Assembly: GCA_045537705.1 (NCBI GenBank)
Contig: JAZSPY010000036.1
Coordinates: forward strand, 1-58,927
Length of the DNA: 58,927 nt
Direction of reading: 5' to 3'
DNA from: Clostridia bacterium
Lineage (GTDB): Bacteria > Bacillota > Clostridia > Christensenellales > QALW01
Position numbers and translations under genes: made by a program. Of this stretch, positions 27,748 through 36,720 are shown one piece after another. The notes beneath the pieces are model-generated. The model was not told where the DNA came from and searched no databases. It was given only the letters and a program-made list of their open reading frames with translations. How positions within the stretch are numbered: position 1 is the stretch's first letter; every line of letters starts with the position of its first letter.

Positions 27748-29397
27748 ATGGAAGAAATCAGAAAGAATTTTATTCAGGAAATCGTTGAAAACGATATTAA
27801 AGAAAGTGATGGTAAAATTAACATTGTTACACGCTTTCCCCCTGAACCTAACGGATATTTGCATATAGGTCACGCAAAGGCAATTTGTGTTGACTTTGGT
27901 ATTGCAAAGAAATATAACGGAAAGTGTAATCTTCGTATGGATGATACCAATCCTGCAAAAGAAGATAACTTTTACGTTGAAGCCATTAAAAAAGACGTTG
28001 AATGGCTTGGTTTTAAATATGATAATTTCTGCTACGCAGCTGATTATTTTGAAGAAATGTTTAATCAGGCAGTAGTGTTAATTAAAAAGGGTCTTGCTTT
28101 CGTTTGCGATATGAACGCTGATGAAATTAAAGAAAGCCGCGGCACTTTAACTGAGCCAGGCATTGAAAGCCCATACCGTAACAGATCTATTGAAGAAAAT
28201 TTAGACCTTTTTATGCGTATGCGCGCAGGGGAATTCCCTGATGGTTCAAAGGTGTTACGTGCAAAGATTGATATGGCTTCACCTAACATCAATATGCGTG
28301 ATCCCATCATTTACCGCATCTTAAGAATGGAGCATTACCGCACAGGCAACGATTGGTGCATCTATCCTATGTACGATTATGCCCACCCAATTGAAGATAT
28401 GATTGAAAACGTAACACATTCAATCTGTACTTTGGAATTTGAAGATCACCGCCCATTATACGATTGGGTTGTTAAAAACGTTGATATTCAGGCTAACCCC
28501 CGCCAGATAGAGTTCGCCCGCCTTAATATGACCCGCACTATTATGAGCAAACGCTATCTTAAACGTCTTGTTGATGAAAATAGCGTTGCAGGCTGGGATG
28601 ATCCAAGAATGCCTACCATTGCAGGTTTAAGAAGAAGGGGATATACCCCTGAAGCTATTCGCGATTTCTGTGATCGTATCGGTGTTGCAAAAAGCAATTC
28701 TTTGGTTGAAGCCGCACTTTTAGAACATTGTGTTCGTGAAGATTTAGCTGCTAAAACTGAAAGGCGTATGGCAGTTATGGATGCCATTAAGCTTGTTATT
28801 GATAACTACCCCGAAGGTCAAACAGAACTTTTAACTACCGAAAACGGTGGCGATGAAACTTCAGGCACAAGAGAAGTAAGTTTTTCACGTGAACTTTATA
28901 TCCAAAGCGAAGATTTTATGATTGATCCACCTAAAAAGTTCTTCAGGCTTTTTGTTGGCGGTGAAGTTCGTTTAAAGAGTGCTTATATCGTTAAGTGCAC
29001 AAGTTATGAAACTGATGAAAACGGTAACGTAACCGTTGTTCATTGTGAATATGACCCCGAAACAAAATCAGGTATGTCAGGCGCTGACCGTAAGGTTAAA
29101 GGTACACTTCATTGGATCGACGCAAACAACTGTACGCCTTGCGAATTCAGGCTTTACGATTACCTTTTAGATGAACGGGAAGGGGAAGGTCTTGATTTTT
29201 CTGAAAGAGTTAATCAGTATTCCTTAATCGTTAAAAACGGTTTTGCTGAAAAATCAATTAGTGACGCTAACGTTGGTGATTCATTCCAGTTTATCCGCGT
29301 TGGCTATTTCCGTAAGGATGAAGATTCTACAAACGAAAAACCTGTATTTAACAGGATTGTAGGGTTGCGTGATACTTGGGCAAAAATGAATAAATAA
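27748..29397 (+). CDS. glnS: Glutaminyl-tRNA synthetase
   Basis: Class I HIGH motif (LHIGHAKA) and KMSKS-like [19 protein letters not shown] is typical of GlnRS, and the 549-aa length fits. Confidence 0.9.
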   Translation: MEEIRKNFIQEIVENDIKESDGKINIVTRFPPEPNGYLHIGHAKAICVDFGIAKKYNGKCNLRMDDTNPAKEDNFYVEAIKKDVEWLGFKYDNFCYAADYFEEMFNQAVVLIKKGLAFVCDMNADEIKESRGTLTEPGIESPYRNRSIEENLDLFMRMRAGEFPDGSKVLRAKIDMASPNINMRDPIIYRILRMEHYRTGNDWCIYPMYDYAHPIEDMIENVTHSICTLEFEDHRPLYDWVVKNVDIQANPRQIEFARLNMTRTIMSKRYLKRLVDENSVAGWDDPRMPTIAGLRRRGYTPEAIRDFCDRIGVAKSNSLVEAALLEHCVREDLAAKTERRMAVMDAIKLVIDNYPEGQTELLTTENGGDETSGTREVSFSRELYIQSEDFMIDPPKKFFRLFVGGEVRLKSAYIVKCTSYETDENGNVTVVHCEYDPETKSGMSGADRKVKGTLHWIDANNCTPCEFRLYDYLLDEREGEGLDFSERVNQYSLIVKNGFAEKSISDANVGDSFQFIRVGYFRKDEDSTNEKPVFNRIVGLRDTWAKMNK

Positions 29398-29417
29398 TCC
29401 CATAATTCGCTTTAATC

Positions 29418-29442
29418 AGGCACTCTGTAAATCAGAGTGCCT
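29418..29442 (+). terminator. Terminator hairpin after glnS, with a weak T-tract
   Basis: aggcactctg-taaat-cagagtgcct followed by ttcc. Confidence 0.6.
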
Positions 29443-29534
29443 TTCCTGTGTTGCGCAAAAGATAAAAGCGCGGTCATTTACGTTCTTGTAAATAAAAGGT
29501 TTATTTGATATAATATATTTAAGAGGTGTTAATT

Positions 29535-30209
29535 TTGAACGTAAACGAAATTTTATCTAAGGTGGATCACACTTTATTAAGTCAGGATGCTACCTGGCAG
29601 GATATAAAAGAGATTATTGATGATGGCATTAAATTTAAAACTGCATCAGTTTGCATTCCGCCTTGCTTTATAAAACAGGCAAAGGAATATGCAAAAGAAA
29701 AAATAAAACTTTGCACGGTTATTGGGTTTCCTAACGGTAACGCTACAACCGAAAGCAAGTGTTTTGAAACTGAAAATGCAGTTAAAAACGGCGCTGACGA
29801 AATTGATATGGTAATAAATATCGGTTTTTTAAAAGAAAAACGCTATGATGAAGTTTTAAACGAAATCAATTTAGTTAAAGCAAGTTGCCAAGGAAAACTT
29901 TTAAAGGTAATAATTGAAACCTGCCTTTTAACCAAAGACGAAAAAATAAAAATGTGCCAAATTATTGAAGAATCAAATGCCGATTATATTAAAACGTCAA
30001 CAGGGTTTTCTTTTGATGGCGCAAAAAAGGAAGATATAATATTATTTTCTGAACATATTAAAACAAAAAAGATTAAAGCGGCAGGCGGTATTAAGACGTT
30101 AAAAGATGCCGAAGAATTTATACTTTTAGGCGCAAGCCGACTTGGCACAAGCAGAATAGTTAAACTTTTAAAGGAGAATGAAAATGAATTATCCAACACC
30201 GCATATTGA
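29535..30209 (+). CDS. deoC: Deoxyribose-phosphate aldolase
   Basis: VDHTLL near the N-terminus and the Schiff-base region DYIKTSTGF. The likely start is TTG 29535, 8 nt after aagagg (the track gives GTG 29526). Confidence 0.88.
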   Translation: MNVNEILSKVDHTLLSQDATWQDIKEIIDDGIKFKTASVCIPPCFIKQAKEYAKEKIKLCTVIGFPNGNATTESKCFETENAVKNGADEIDMVINIGFLKEKRYDEVLNEINLVKASCQGKLLKVIIETCLLTKDEKIKMCQIIEESNADYIKTSTGFSFDGAKKEDIILFSEHIKTKKIKAAGGIKTLKDAEEFILLGASRLGTSRIVKLLKENENELSNTAY

Positions 30210-30897
30210 TGCAAAGCCATCTGATTTTGCTTCAACTGTTTTAATGCCCGGCGATCCCAAACGGGCACAATTTATTGCCGAAAACTTTTTAACAGATGCC
30301 CGTTTAGTAAACGACGTTCGCGGCGTGCAAGGCTACACAGGTTTTTATAAGGGTAAAAAGGTTAGCGTTATGGCAAGTGGAATGGGTATGGCTTCAATGG
30401 GCATATATTCCTATGAGCTTTTTAATTTCTTTAACGTTGAAAACATTATCCGTGTTGGTTCTGCCGGGGCGATGAGGGAGAACGTAAACGTTCGTGATAT
30501 TGTTATTGCCCTTGGGGCGTCTTCTGATTCTAACTTTCATAAACAATATAAATTAAACGGAACGATCGCACCACTTTGCAGTTATAAACTTTTAGAAAAA
30601 ACAGTTGAAAAAGCAAAAGAAATGAATTTAACTTATCACGTTGGCAATATTCTTTCAACGGATATCTTTTATAATGAAAACGATACCACAAAAGAATGGG
30701 GGAAGATGGGCGTTTTAGCAGTTGAAATGGAAAGCGCAGCCCTTTATCTTAATGCCCAAAGGGCAAACAAAAACGCTATAACTATCTGTACAGTTTCAGA
30801 CCATCTGATAAACGGTGAAAGCCTTACTGCAGAAGATAGACAAATTTCATTTAAGGAAATGATGCTGTTAGCCTTAGAAACTGCAATTGAATTATAA
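30184..30897 (+). CDS. deoD: Purine nucleoside phosphorylase, DeoD (hexameric) type
   Basis: TPHIDAK...VLMPGDPKRAQFIAE...VRG..GYTG.YKG matches the E. coli DeoD layout. ATG 30184 follows ggaga (the track gives 30178). Confidence 0.9.
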   Translation: MNYPTPHIDAKPSDFASTVLMPGDPKRAQFIAENFLTDARLVNDVRGVQGYTGFYKGKKVSVMASGMGMASMGIYSYELFNFFNVENIIRVGSAGAMRENVNVRDIVIALGASSDSNFHKQYKLNGTIAPLCSYKLLEKTVEKAKEMNLTYHVGNILSTDIFYNENDTTKEWGKMGVLAVEMESAALYLNAQRANKNAITICTVSDHLINGESLTAEDRQISFKEMMLLALETAIEL

Positions 30898-30903
30898 AAA
30901 AAT

Positions 30904-30927
30904 AATCCCCGCACGTTTGCGGGGATT
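30904..30927. terminator. GC-rich 10-bp hairpin terminator. The run of T/U is much better on the minus-strand side.
   Basis: aatccccgca-cgtt-tgcggggatt. The minus-strand reading continues ATTATTTTTTT, while the plus-strand reading continues only TAATAC. Confidence 0.8.
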
Positions 30928-30996
30928 TAATACGTAATAAAGTATTTAATAATTTATATGTTAATGTCTATTCAATTGTCTTAAGTTTTAACTAAA

Positions 30997-31256
30997 TAGT
31001 ACATCGGACTACTTTCCTTTTCTTAGATTTTAAAGTTCAAAAGTTTTTTCATTAAGGAAACACATCCTTTTTTAAAGTAACTTAGAAACTTTTGCTCCGC
31101 TTTCTCTTGCGGGATTAAGCTGATTAGAACATTGGACTAATTCCTTTCTTTCAGATTTCTAAATGGAACCTTTTTTTCATAAAAGCACGCCTTTCATTTA
31201 GAAATTAAGTTCTTAAACCGCTTAGTACATTGGACCAATTTCCTTTCTATAGATTT
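30997..31256. repeat. Three dispersed copies of a diverged module
   Basis: 34-nt cores lie at 30997-31030, 31125-31158 and 31223-31256. They read tagtacatcggactactttccttttcttagattt, tagaacattggactaattcctttctttcagattt and tagtacattggaccaatttcctttctatagattt, about 80% identical by eye. Weaker similarity continues for about 35 nt downstream. Confidence 0.85.
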
Positions 31257-31336
31257 GGTTCTTTTTTTTTGTTTTCCGGCAAAGCCACATGCTTTTTGCC
31301 TTTAACACTTCACTTCTTTCTCTTATTTTCAATTAC

Positions 31337-31365
31337 ATTATAACAAACCGAAAAACGTTTGTCAA
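31337..31365 (-). promoter_or_regulatory. Perfect consensus SigA promoter on the minus strand
   Basis: The minus strand reads TTGACA-aacgtttttcggtttgt(17)-TATAAT. An A/T-rich, UP-like tract lies upstream at 31366-31430. Confidence 0.75.
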
Positions 31366-31442
31366 TAGTAAATTTAAAAAAAGTTCATATTTTTTTCATA
31401 AAATATCTAAAAATAAAATTTTCGCATATTTTCACTTTTGTC

Positions 31443-31471
31443 TTGACTGATTTTAAAGTTAGGGGTAAAAT
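31443..31471 (+). promoter_or_regulatory. Predicted SigA promoter of the mgtE leader
   Basis: TTGACT (31443-31448), 17 nt, TAAAAT (31466-31471). This leaves a leader of about 273 nt. Confidence 0.6.
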
Positions 31472-31505
31472 AGTAAAAGAATAAATTTAAAAAGGGGTGA
31501 ACATA

Positions 31506-31583
31506 ATGGAAGACGGAAGTAAAAGCACTGTTCCTGTCAGCATGCGTAACAGGGTTTTTCATTATGTTCGTATTTATATATAA
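31506..31583 (+). CDS. 25-codon upstream ORF in the mgtE leader (MEDGSKSTVPVSMRNRVFHYVRIYI); a possible regulatory leader peptide
   Basis: Strong SD AAAGGGGTGA at 31491-31500, 5 nt before ATG 31506. The stop is TAA 31581-31583. There is no homology evidence. Confidence 0.3.
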   Translation: MEDGSKSTVPVSMRNRVFHYVRIYI

Positions 31584-31631
31584 ACGTAATAAAATATCCT
31601 ATTACGCGCAAGTTTTAGGCGGAAACAGTAT

Positions 31632-31695
31632 CCATTTGTTAATATGCACAGTTATGCATAATATAAAACAAATGGGTATTTTTTATGCCTTTTTT
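31632..31695 (+). terminator. Leader terminator/attenuator upstream of mgtE
   Basis: CCATTTGTT (31632-31640) pairs with AACAAATGG (31667-31675), with an inner stem TATGCA/TGCATA. It is followed by GTATTTTTTATGCCTTTTTTG. Confidence 0.65.
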
Positions 31696-31750
31696 GATAA
31701 GAAACAGTGTACCTTTCGCAATTTATTAAAAAAAGGAGGTACATAGAAAA

Positions 31751-33118
31751 ATGGAGAACAAAGATTTTATTTCAGAAAGAATTTATGAGTTGATTAACCA
31801 AAAACAACCTAACAAGATACTTGAAATTCTTTCAACCCTTCAGCCACAGGATATTGCTGAAATTTTAAACGCAGATTTTTTTGAACAAAGGCAAAAGAAC
31901 CTTATATTCAGGTTATTAAAAAAAGATCTTGCGGCACAAGTTTTCGTTGAATTACAAAACGATATGCAGGAAGATCTTATAAAAGGTTTTTCCGATAACG
32001 AACTGCACTTAATGTTAAACGAACTTTTTGTTGATGATGCAGTTGATATTATTGAAGAAATGCCTGCAAGCGTAGTTAAAAGAATATTAAAGAACTGCAC
32101 AAAGGATATGCGGGGCGATATAAATAATATTCTTGCATTTGATAAAGATACTGCAGGCAGTGTAATGACTCCTGAATATATTGCCTTAAAATCTGATATG
32201 ACGGTGAAAGAGGCTTTTGCACGTATCCGCAAAGAAGGTATAGACAGCGAAACCATATATACCTGTTACGTGCTTGATAGAAGCAGGCATATTCAAGGCG
32301 TTATAACTGTTCGTGAGCTTCTTTTAGCTAAAGAAGATGCAATAATCAAGGATATAATGAACGAAAACGTTATATTTGTTGAAACTGTTTCTGATAAAGA
32401 AGAAGCTGCGAAGATTCTTAAAAAATACGATTTTCTTGCGGTGCCTGTTGTTGATAAGGAAAAGCGCCTTGTTGGTATTATCACCGTTGATGATGCTATT
32501 GACGTTCTTGTTGAAGAAACTACCGAAGATATTGCTAAAATGGCGGCAGTTCAGCCAATGGAGCAATCGTATTTTAAAACAAGTGTATTTAAACATTCCT
32601 TAAGCAGAATTTTATGGCTTATTGTTTTGATGATCTCTGCCACCGTAACCGGCTTTATCATTACTTACTATGAAAATGCTTTTCAGGCAGTACCGCTTTT
32701 AATTGCGTGCCTTCCTCTTTTGATGGGAACAGGCGGTAACTGTGGCTCACAGGCATCAACAATGGTTATTCGCGGGCTTGCCATTGATGAAATGAGCACC
32801 AGGGATGTTTTAAAAGTATGGTTTAAAGAAATCCGTATTTCTTTAATCGTTGGCATAGTTCTTGCAATAGTAAACACAATAAGGGTGTTCGTGCTTTACG
32901 GATTTTCAAATGAAATCATCTTGCTTGCAATAACCAATGCATTGGCGCTTTTGTTTACTGTTTCCCTTGCACAAACTTTAGGGTGCCTGTTGCCAATTGG
33001 CGCTAAAGCAGTTAAACTTGATCCTGCCATTATGGCGGCACCGTTAATCACAACTATCGTTGATGCGTTAAGCGTTACGGTGTTCTTTGCCTGTGCAGTT
33101 TGGGTGTTTGGAATGTAA
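31751..33118 (+). CDS. mgtE: Magnesium transporter MgtE
   Basis: MgtE_N domain, tandem CBS domains and a C-terminal 5-TM domain with the GTGGNCGSQ motif. Confidence 0.92.
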   Translation: MENKDFISERIYELINQKQPNKILEILSTLQPQDIAEILNADFFEQRQKNLIFRLLKKDLAAQVFVELQNDMQEDLIKGFSDNELHLMLNELFVDDAVDIIEEMPASVVKRILKNCTKDMRGDINNILAFDKDTAGSVMTPEYIALKSDMTVKEAFARIRKEGIDSETIYTCYVLDRSRHIQGVITVRELLLAKEDAIIKDIMNENVIFVETVSDKEEAAKILKKYDFLAVPVVDKEKRLVGIITVDDAIDVLVEETTEDIAKMAAVQPMEQSYFKTSVFKHSLSRILWLIVLMISATVTGFIITYYENAFQAVPLLIACLPLLMGTGGNCGSQASTMVIRGLAIDEMSTRDVLKVWFKEIRISLIVGIVLAIVNTIRVFVLYGFSNEIILLAITNALALLFTVSLAQTLGCLLPIGAKAVKLDPAIMAAPLITTIVDALSVTVFFACAVWVFGM

Positions 33119-33237
33119 GTGGGCTATACAACTTTAACGATTTGTATAGATAAATTATAAAATTACTCTACATATTTTTATCTATGATATACTATACTTA
33201 ATAGGTATCAAAATAAATATGATAGGAGATAATATTT

Positions 33238-34590
33238 ATGAAACGATTATTCGGAACAGACGGTGTGCGCGGTATTGCCAATACCGAACTTACACCTGAA
33301 ATGGCTTTTAAGTTAGGTAAGGCAGGTGCTACTGTTTTAACCAGCGAAATTCACAAACCTAAAATTCTTATCGGCAGGGATACAAGAATTTCAGGTAATA
33401 TGCTTGAAGCTGCTTTAATTGCAGGTATGATGTCCGTTGGGGCAGACGTTTTGATTGCAGGTGTAATCCCTACCCCTGCAGTAGCATATCTTACCCGTAA
33501 CTATCATGCCGATGCAGGTGTAATGATTTCTGCAAGCCACAATTCAGTTGAATTTAACGGCATTAAGTTTTTTGATAATAAAGGCTTTAAATTACCTGAT
33601 GAGGTTGAAGATAAAATTCAAAGCCTTATGGAATGTGATGATCTTCCAAGGCCTACAGGTATTGAAGTTGGCAGAAAGATTTCCATTAAAAGCGCCAAGG
33701 AAGAATATATGGAATTCCTTGCTTCTACCATTGATGTTAGCCTTGATGGCATTGAAATTGTTATGGACTGCGCTAACGGTGCAGCATCAAGCGTTGCACC
33801 GCAACTGTTTAAAAAACTTGGCGCAACGGTATATCCATATTACTTCCTTCCTGATGGAACGGATATTAACAAAAACTGCGGTTCAACACACCCTGAACGT
33901 ATTTGCGAAATAGTTAAGGAACTTGGCGCAGATATCGGCCTTGCTTTTGATGGCGATGCCGATCGCTTAATCGCTTGCGATGAACGTGGTGTTGAACTTG
34001 ATGGTGATCACGTTTTAGCCATTTGCGGTACAATGCTTTTAAACGAAGGCAGATTAAATAAAAATACTATTGTTGGCACTGTTATGAGTAATATGGGCCT
34101 TGATATTTTTGCAAATAAGCACCATATCAGCTTAGAAAAAACAGCAGTTGGCGATAGATACGTTTTAGAAAATATGCTTCAAAACGATTACGTTTTAGGC
34201 GGTGAAAAAAGCGGCCACGTTATTTTCTTAGAGTATAACACCACAGGCGATGGTCTTTTAACAGCGCTTCAACTTTTAAGGGCGAAGGTTCTTGCGAAAA
34301 AAGAAATGAGTGTTCTGGCAAAAGATATGAAAAATCTTCCCCAGGTGCTTGTAAACATTAAGGTAGATAATTCTAAAAAAGATCTCTATAAAACCGATGA
34401 AAACATATTAAATGAAATAAAACAGGCAGACCAAACTCTTGCAGGCAGGGGCAGAACTTTAGTTCGTGCCAGCGGAACAGAACCATTGATCCGTGTTATG
34501 CTTGAAGGCGAAAATGAAGAAGAAATCAATAACTTTGCCTTAAAAATTGCAAAAGCTGTGGAAAAGGTCTGCGATGGTAAAATTGTATAA
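33238..34590 (+). CDS. glmM: Phosphoglucosamine mutase
   Basis: MKRLFGTDGVRG N-terminus, active-site SASHN, and Mg loop FDGDADR. Confidence 0.92.
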   Translation: MKRLFGTDGVRGIANTELTPEMAFKLGKAGATVLTSEIHKPKILIGRDTRISGNMLEAALIAGMMSVGADVLIAGVIPTPAVAYLTRNYHADAGVMISASHNSVEFNGIKFFDNKGFKLPDEVEDKIQSLMECDDLPRPTGIEVGRKISIKSAKEEYMEFLASTIDVSLDGIEIVMDCANGAASSVAPQLFKKLGATVYPYYFLPDGTDINKNCGSTHPERICEIVKELGADIGLAFDGDADRLIACDERGVELDGDHVLAICGTMLLNEGRLNKNTIVGTVMSNMGLDIFANKHHISLEKTAVGDRYVLENMLQNDYVLGGEKSGHVIFLEYNTTGDGLLTALQLLRAKVLAKKEMSVLAKDMKNLPQVLVNIKVDNSKKDLYKTDENILNEIKQADQTLAGRGRTLVRASGTEPLIRVMLEGENEEEINNFALKIAKAVEKVCDGKIV

Positions 34591-34599
34591 GGAGTAAAA

Positions 34600-36390
34600 A
34601 TGGAGCAGGTAAAAACCAGGGCAGAAATTCCTGATAAATACAAATGGAATTTAGCCGATATTTTTCAATCACAGGAAAAATGGGAAGAAGCTTTTAATGA
34701 AATTAAAGGGGCAATCCCTTCTTTAAAAGCCTTTAAGGGCACGTTAAAAGATAAAAAAGCATTAAAAGAGTTTTTTCAGTTAGAACATAAGGTTTCTCTT
34801 TTAAGCGAAAAACTTTACGTTTATGCAAAAATGAGCCGTGATGAAGATAACGGTAACGATTTTAGCGTTTCTATGTGCGATAGGGCATACTCCCTTTTAA
34901 TGATGCTGGAAACTGAAACTGCCTTTGTTACGCCTGAGCTTAATGAACTTGAGGACAGCACTTTAATTAGTTTAGCAAATGAAGAAGATTTTAAGGATAA
35001 CAGTCGTTATCTTTTAGGTATTGTGCGCAATAAAAAGCATCTTTTAAGCGAAAAAGAAGAAAAGATTCTTGCACGTACCAGCGAAATGGCAAATTCTTTT
35101 GATACTATTTTCACTATGCTTGATGATGTTGATATGCGTTTTGATGATGTTCTGATGCCTGATGGAAGCAAAATTGAACTTTCCCACGGCAGATACGGTC
35201 TTTTGTTACAGGATAAAAACCGTGAAACCAGAAAACAGGCATACGAATCAATGTATAATGCCCATATAAACAACATAAATACTCTTTGCGCGCTTTACTC
35301 TTCAAGTGTTAAAAAGGACGTTTTTTATGCAAGAGTAAGAAACTATGAAAGCGTTTTAGAAGGCGAACTGTTTTCGGGCAATATCCCTGAAAGCGTATAT
35401 ACCACTTTAATTGAACAAGTGCATAAATTTTTCCCTGTTATGCATAAATATGTTCAGTTAAGGCAAGAACTTTTAGGTATTAAGGATGGTAAAATGTACG
35501 ATATGTACGTTCCGTTAATAGATATGCCTGATGTAAAATACACCTATGAACAGGCACAGGAACTTGCCAAAAAAGCCCTTGCGCCTTTAGGTGAAGATTA
35601 CGTTGAACTTTTAGACCGTTCCTTTAAAGAAAACTGGATTGACGTTTATGAAACAAAAGGTAAAACAAGCGGTGCATATTCCTGGGGCGCATACGGCGTG
35701 CATCCTTATATGCTTTTAAATTACCAGGATAGGCTTGATGATGTGTTCACGTTAGTACACGAAGTAGGCCATTCAATGCACACTTATTATTCAGATAAAA
35801 AACTTCCTTATGAAAAGGCACAGTATAAAATATTTGTTGCTGAAGTTGCTTCTACGGTAAACGAAGTGCTTTTATTAAAATATATGCTTAATGAAACACA
35901 GGATAAAAAGATGAAAGCATATCTTTTAAACCACTTCCTTGATCAGTTCAGAACAACTTTGTTCAGGCAAACTATGTTTGCTGAATTTGAATGGGAAACA
36001 CATAAAAAGGTAGAAAACGGTGAACCTTTAACGGTAAACGTTTTAAATAAAATCTATGGTGATTTAAACCGCGCATATTACGGAAACGCAGTTGAAACCG
36101 ATAAGTTTATTGAAACTGAATGGTCAAGGATTCCTCATTTTTACAGGGCATATTACGTTTATCAGTACGCAACTGGATTTTCTTCGGCGGTAGCGATTGC
36201 AGATATGATATTAAATGAAGGCGCACCGGCAGTAGAAAGATATAAAAAATTCTTATCTTCCGGCGGCAGCGATTTCCCTGTTGAATTATTGAAAATTACA
36301 GGCGTGGATCTTTCAAAGCCCGATGCTATCAACAGTGCATTGAAGGTTTTTGAAAATACACTTTCGGAATTTGAAAGGATGGTAAAATAA
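34600..36390 (+). CDS. pepF: Oligoendopeptidase F (M3B family)
   Basis: 596 aa with zinc motif HEVGHSMH and M3B-typical length and layout. Confidence 0.88.
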   Translation: MEQVKTRAEIPDKYKWNLADIFQSQEKWEEAFNEIKGAIPSLKAFKGTLKDKKALKEFFQLEHKVSLLSEKLYVYAKMSRDEDNGNDFSVSMCDRAYSLLMMLETETAFVTPELNELEDSTLISLANEEDFKDNSRYLLGIVRNKKHLLSEKEEKILARTSEMANSFDTIFTMLDDVDMRFDDVLMPDGSKIELSHGRYGLLLQDKNRETRKQAYESMYNAHINNINTLCALYSSSVKKDVFYARVRNYESVLEGELFSGNIPESVYTTLIEQVHKFFPVMHKYVQLRQELLGIKDGKMYDMYVPLIDMPDVKYTYEQAQELAKKALAPLGEDYVELLDRSFKENWIDVYETKGKTSGAYSWGAYGVHPYMLLNYQDRLDDVFTLVHEVGHSMHTYYSDKKLPYEKAQYKIFVAEVASTVNEVLLLKYMLNETQDKKMKAYLLNHFLDQFRTTLFRQTMFAEFEWETHKKVENGEPLTVNVLNKIYGDLNRAYYGNAVETDKFIETEWSRIPHFYRAYYVYQYATGFSSAVAIADMILNEGAPAVERYKKFLSSGGSDFPVELLKITGVDLSKPDAINSALKVFENTLSEFERMVK

Positions 36391-36717
36391 ATGGTTGGAT
36401 ATAATGATGAAGCATTGGAATTTATGCTTAATAAATTAAAAGAAGATGATAAAAATGCCGATTTAGATATTGCAAAGCAAATATTCAATCTTGCCCTTAC
36501 TTATGATATTGATTATATGGTTTCTTCAGGCATCATAAAAGAAGGGGAATTTACCGATGAATATTATGATGAAGACGATGCTTACGATTTTATAATTGAT
36601 CGCATCGGAAATGCATTAAAGAACGTTGAAGGCGATTTCTTAATGGAAATGGTTGAAAAATATTTTGATTATCACGATGCCTTTATGGAAGAAAAAGGCC
36701 TTTTATATTGGGAATAA
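36391..36717 (+). CDS. Small, highly acidic hypothetical protein, translationally coupled to pepF
   Basis: The ATG immediately follows the pepF TAA stop codon. The 108-aa product is rich in D/E/Y (EYYDEDDAYDF). I recognise no family. Confidence 0.6.
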   Translation: MVGYNDEALEFMLNKLKEDDKNADLDIAKQIFNLALTYDIDYMVSSGIIKEGEFTDEYYDEDDAYDFIIDRIGNALKNVEGDFLMEMVEKYFDYHDAFMEEKGLLYWE

Positions 36718-36720
36718 GAA

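Larger units (their letters stand above)
30896..31330 (-). ncRNA. Candidate unclassified non-coding (or micropeptide-bearing) transcript of about 435 nt
   Basis: It is bounded by a perfect consensus promoter (31337-31365, minus strand) and the terminator at 30904-30927. It has no ORF of 60 aa or more, contains three copies of an internal module, and has strong local hairpins. The ends are predicted, not measured. Confidence 0.5.

Noticed and set aside
28866-28881. parS-like site (TTTTTCACGTGAACTT) inside glnS
   Set aside because: It matches the TGTTNCACGTGAAACA consensus at only about 12 of 16 positions, lies within coding sequence, and no parAB genes are in the window.
30997-31256. Purine, 2'-dG or preQ1 riboswitch next to deoD, or a set of tRNA-like anticodon arms
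   Set aside because: GUCCGAUGUACUA only superficially resembles the purine-riboswitch 3' segment (GUCCGACUAUG), and the conserved J2/3 UUUCUACC and L2/L3 elements are absent. The well-supported promoter is on the opposite strand from deoD. The plus-strand GUA and GAA triplets do not sit in canonical 7-nt anticodon loops.
30896-31330. CsrB/RsmZ-like CsrA-sequestering RNA
   Set aside because: There are only about 6 GGA motifs in roughly 435 nt, close to the chance expectation at this base composition (about 4). They are not consistently placed in hairpin loops.
31564-31746. 60-aa ORF in the mgtE leader
   Set aside because: It has no RBS, spans the leader terminator hairpin and the U-tracts, and has a composition typical of AT-rich non-coding sequence.
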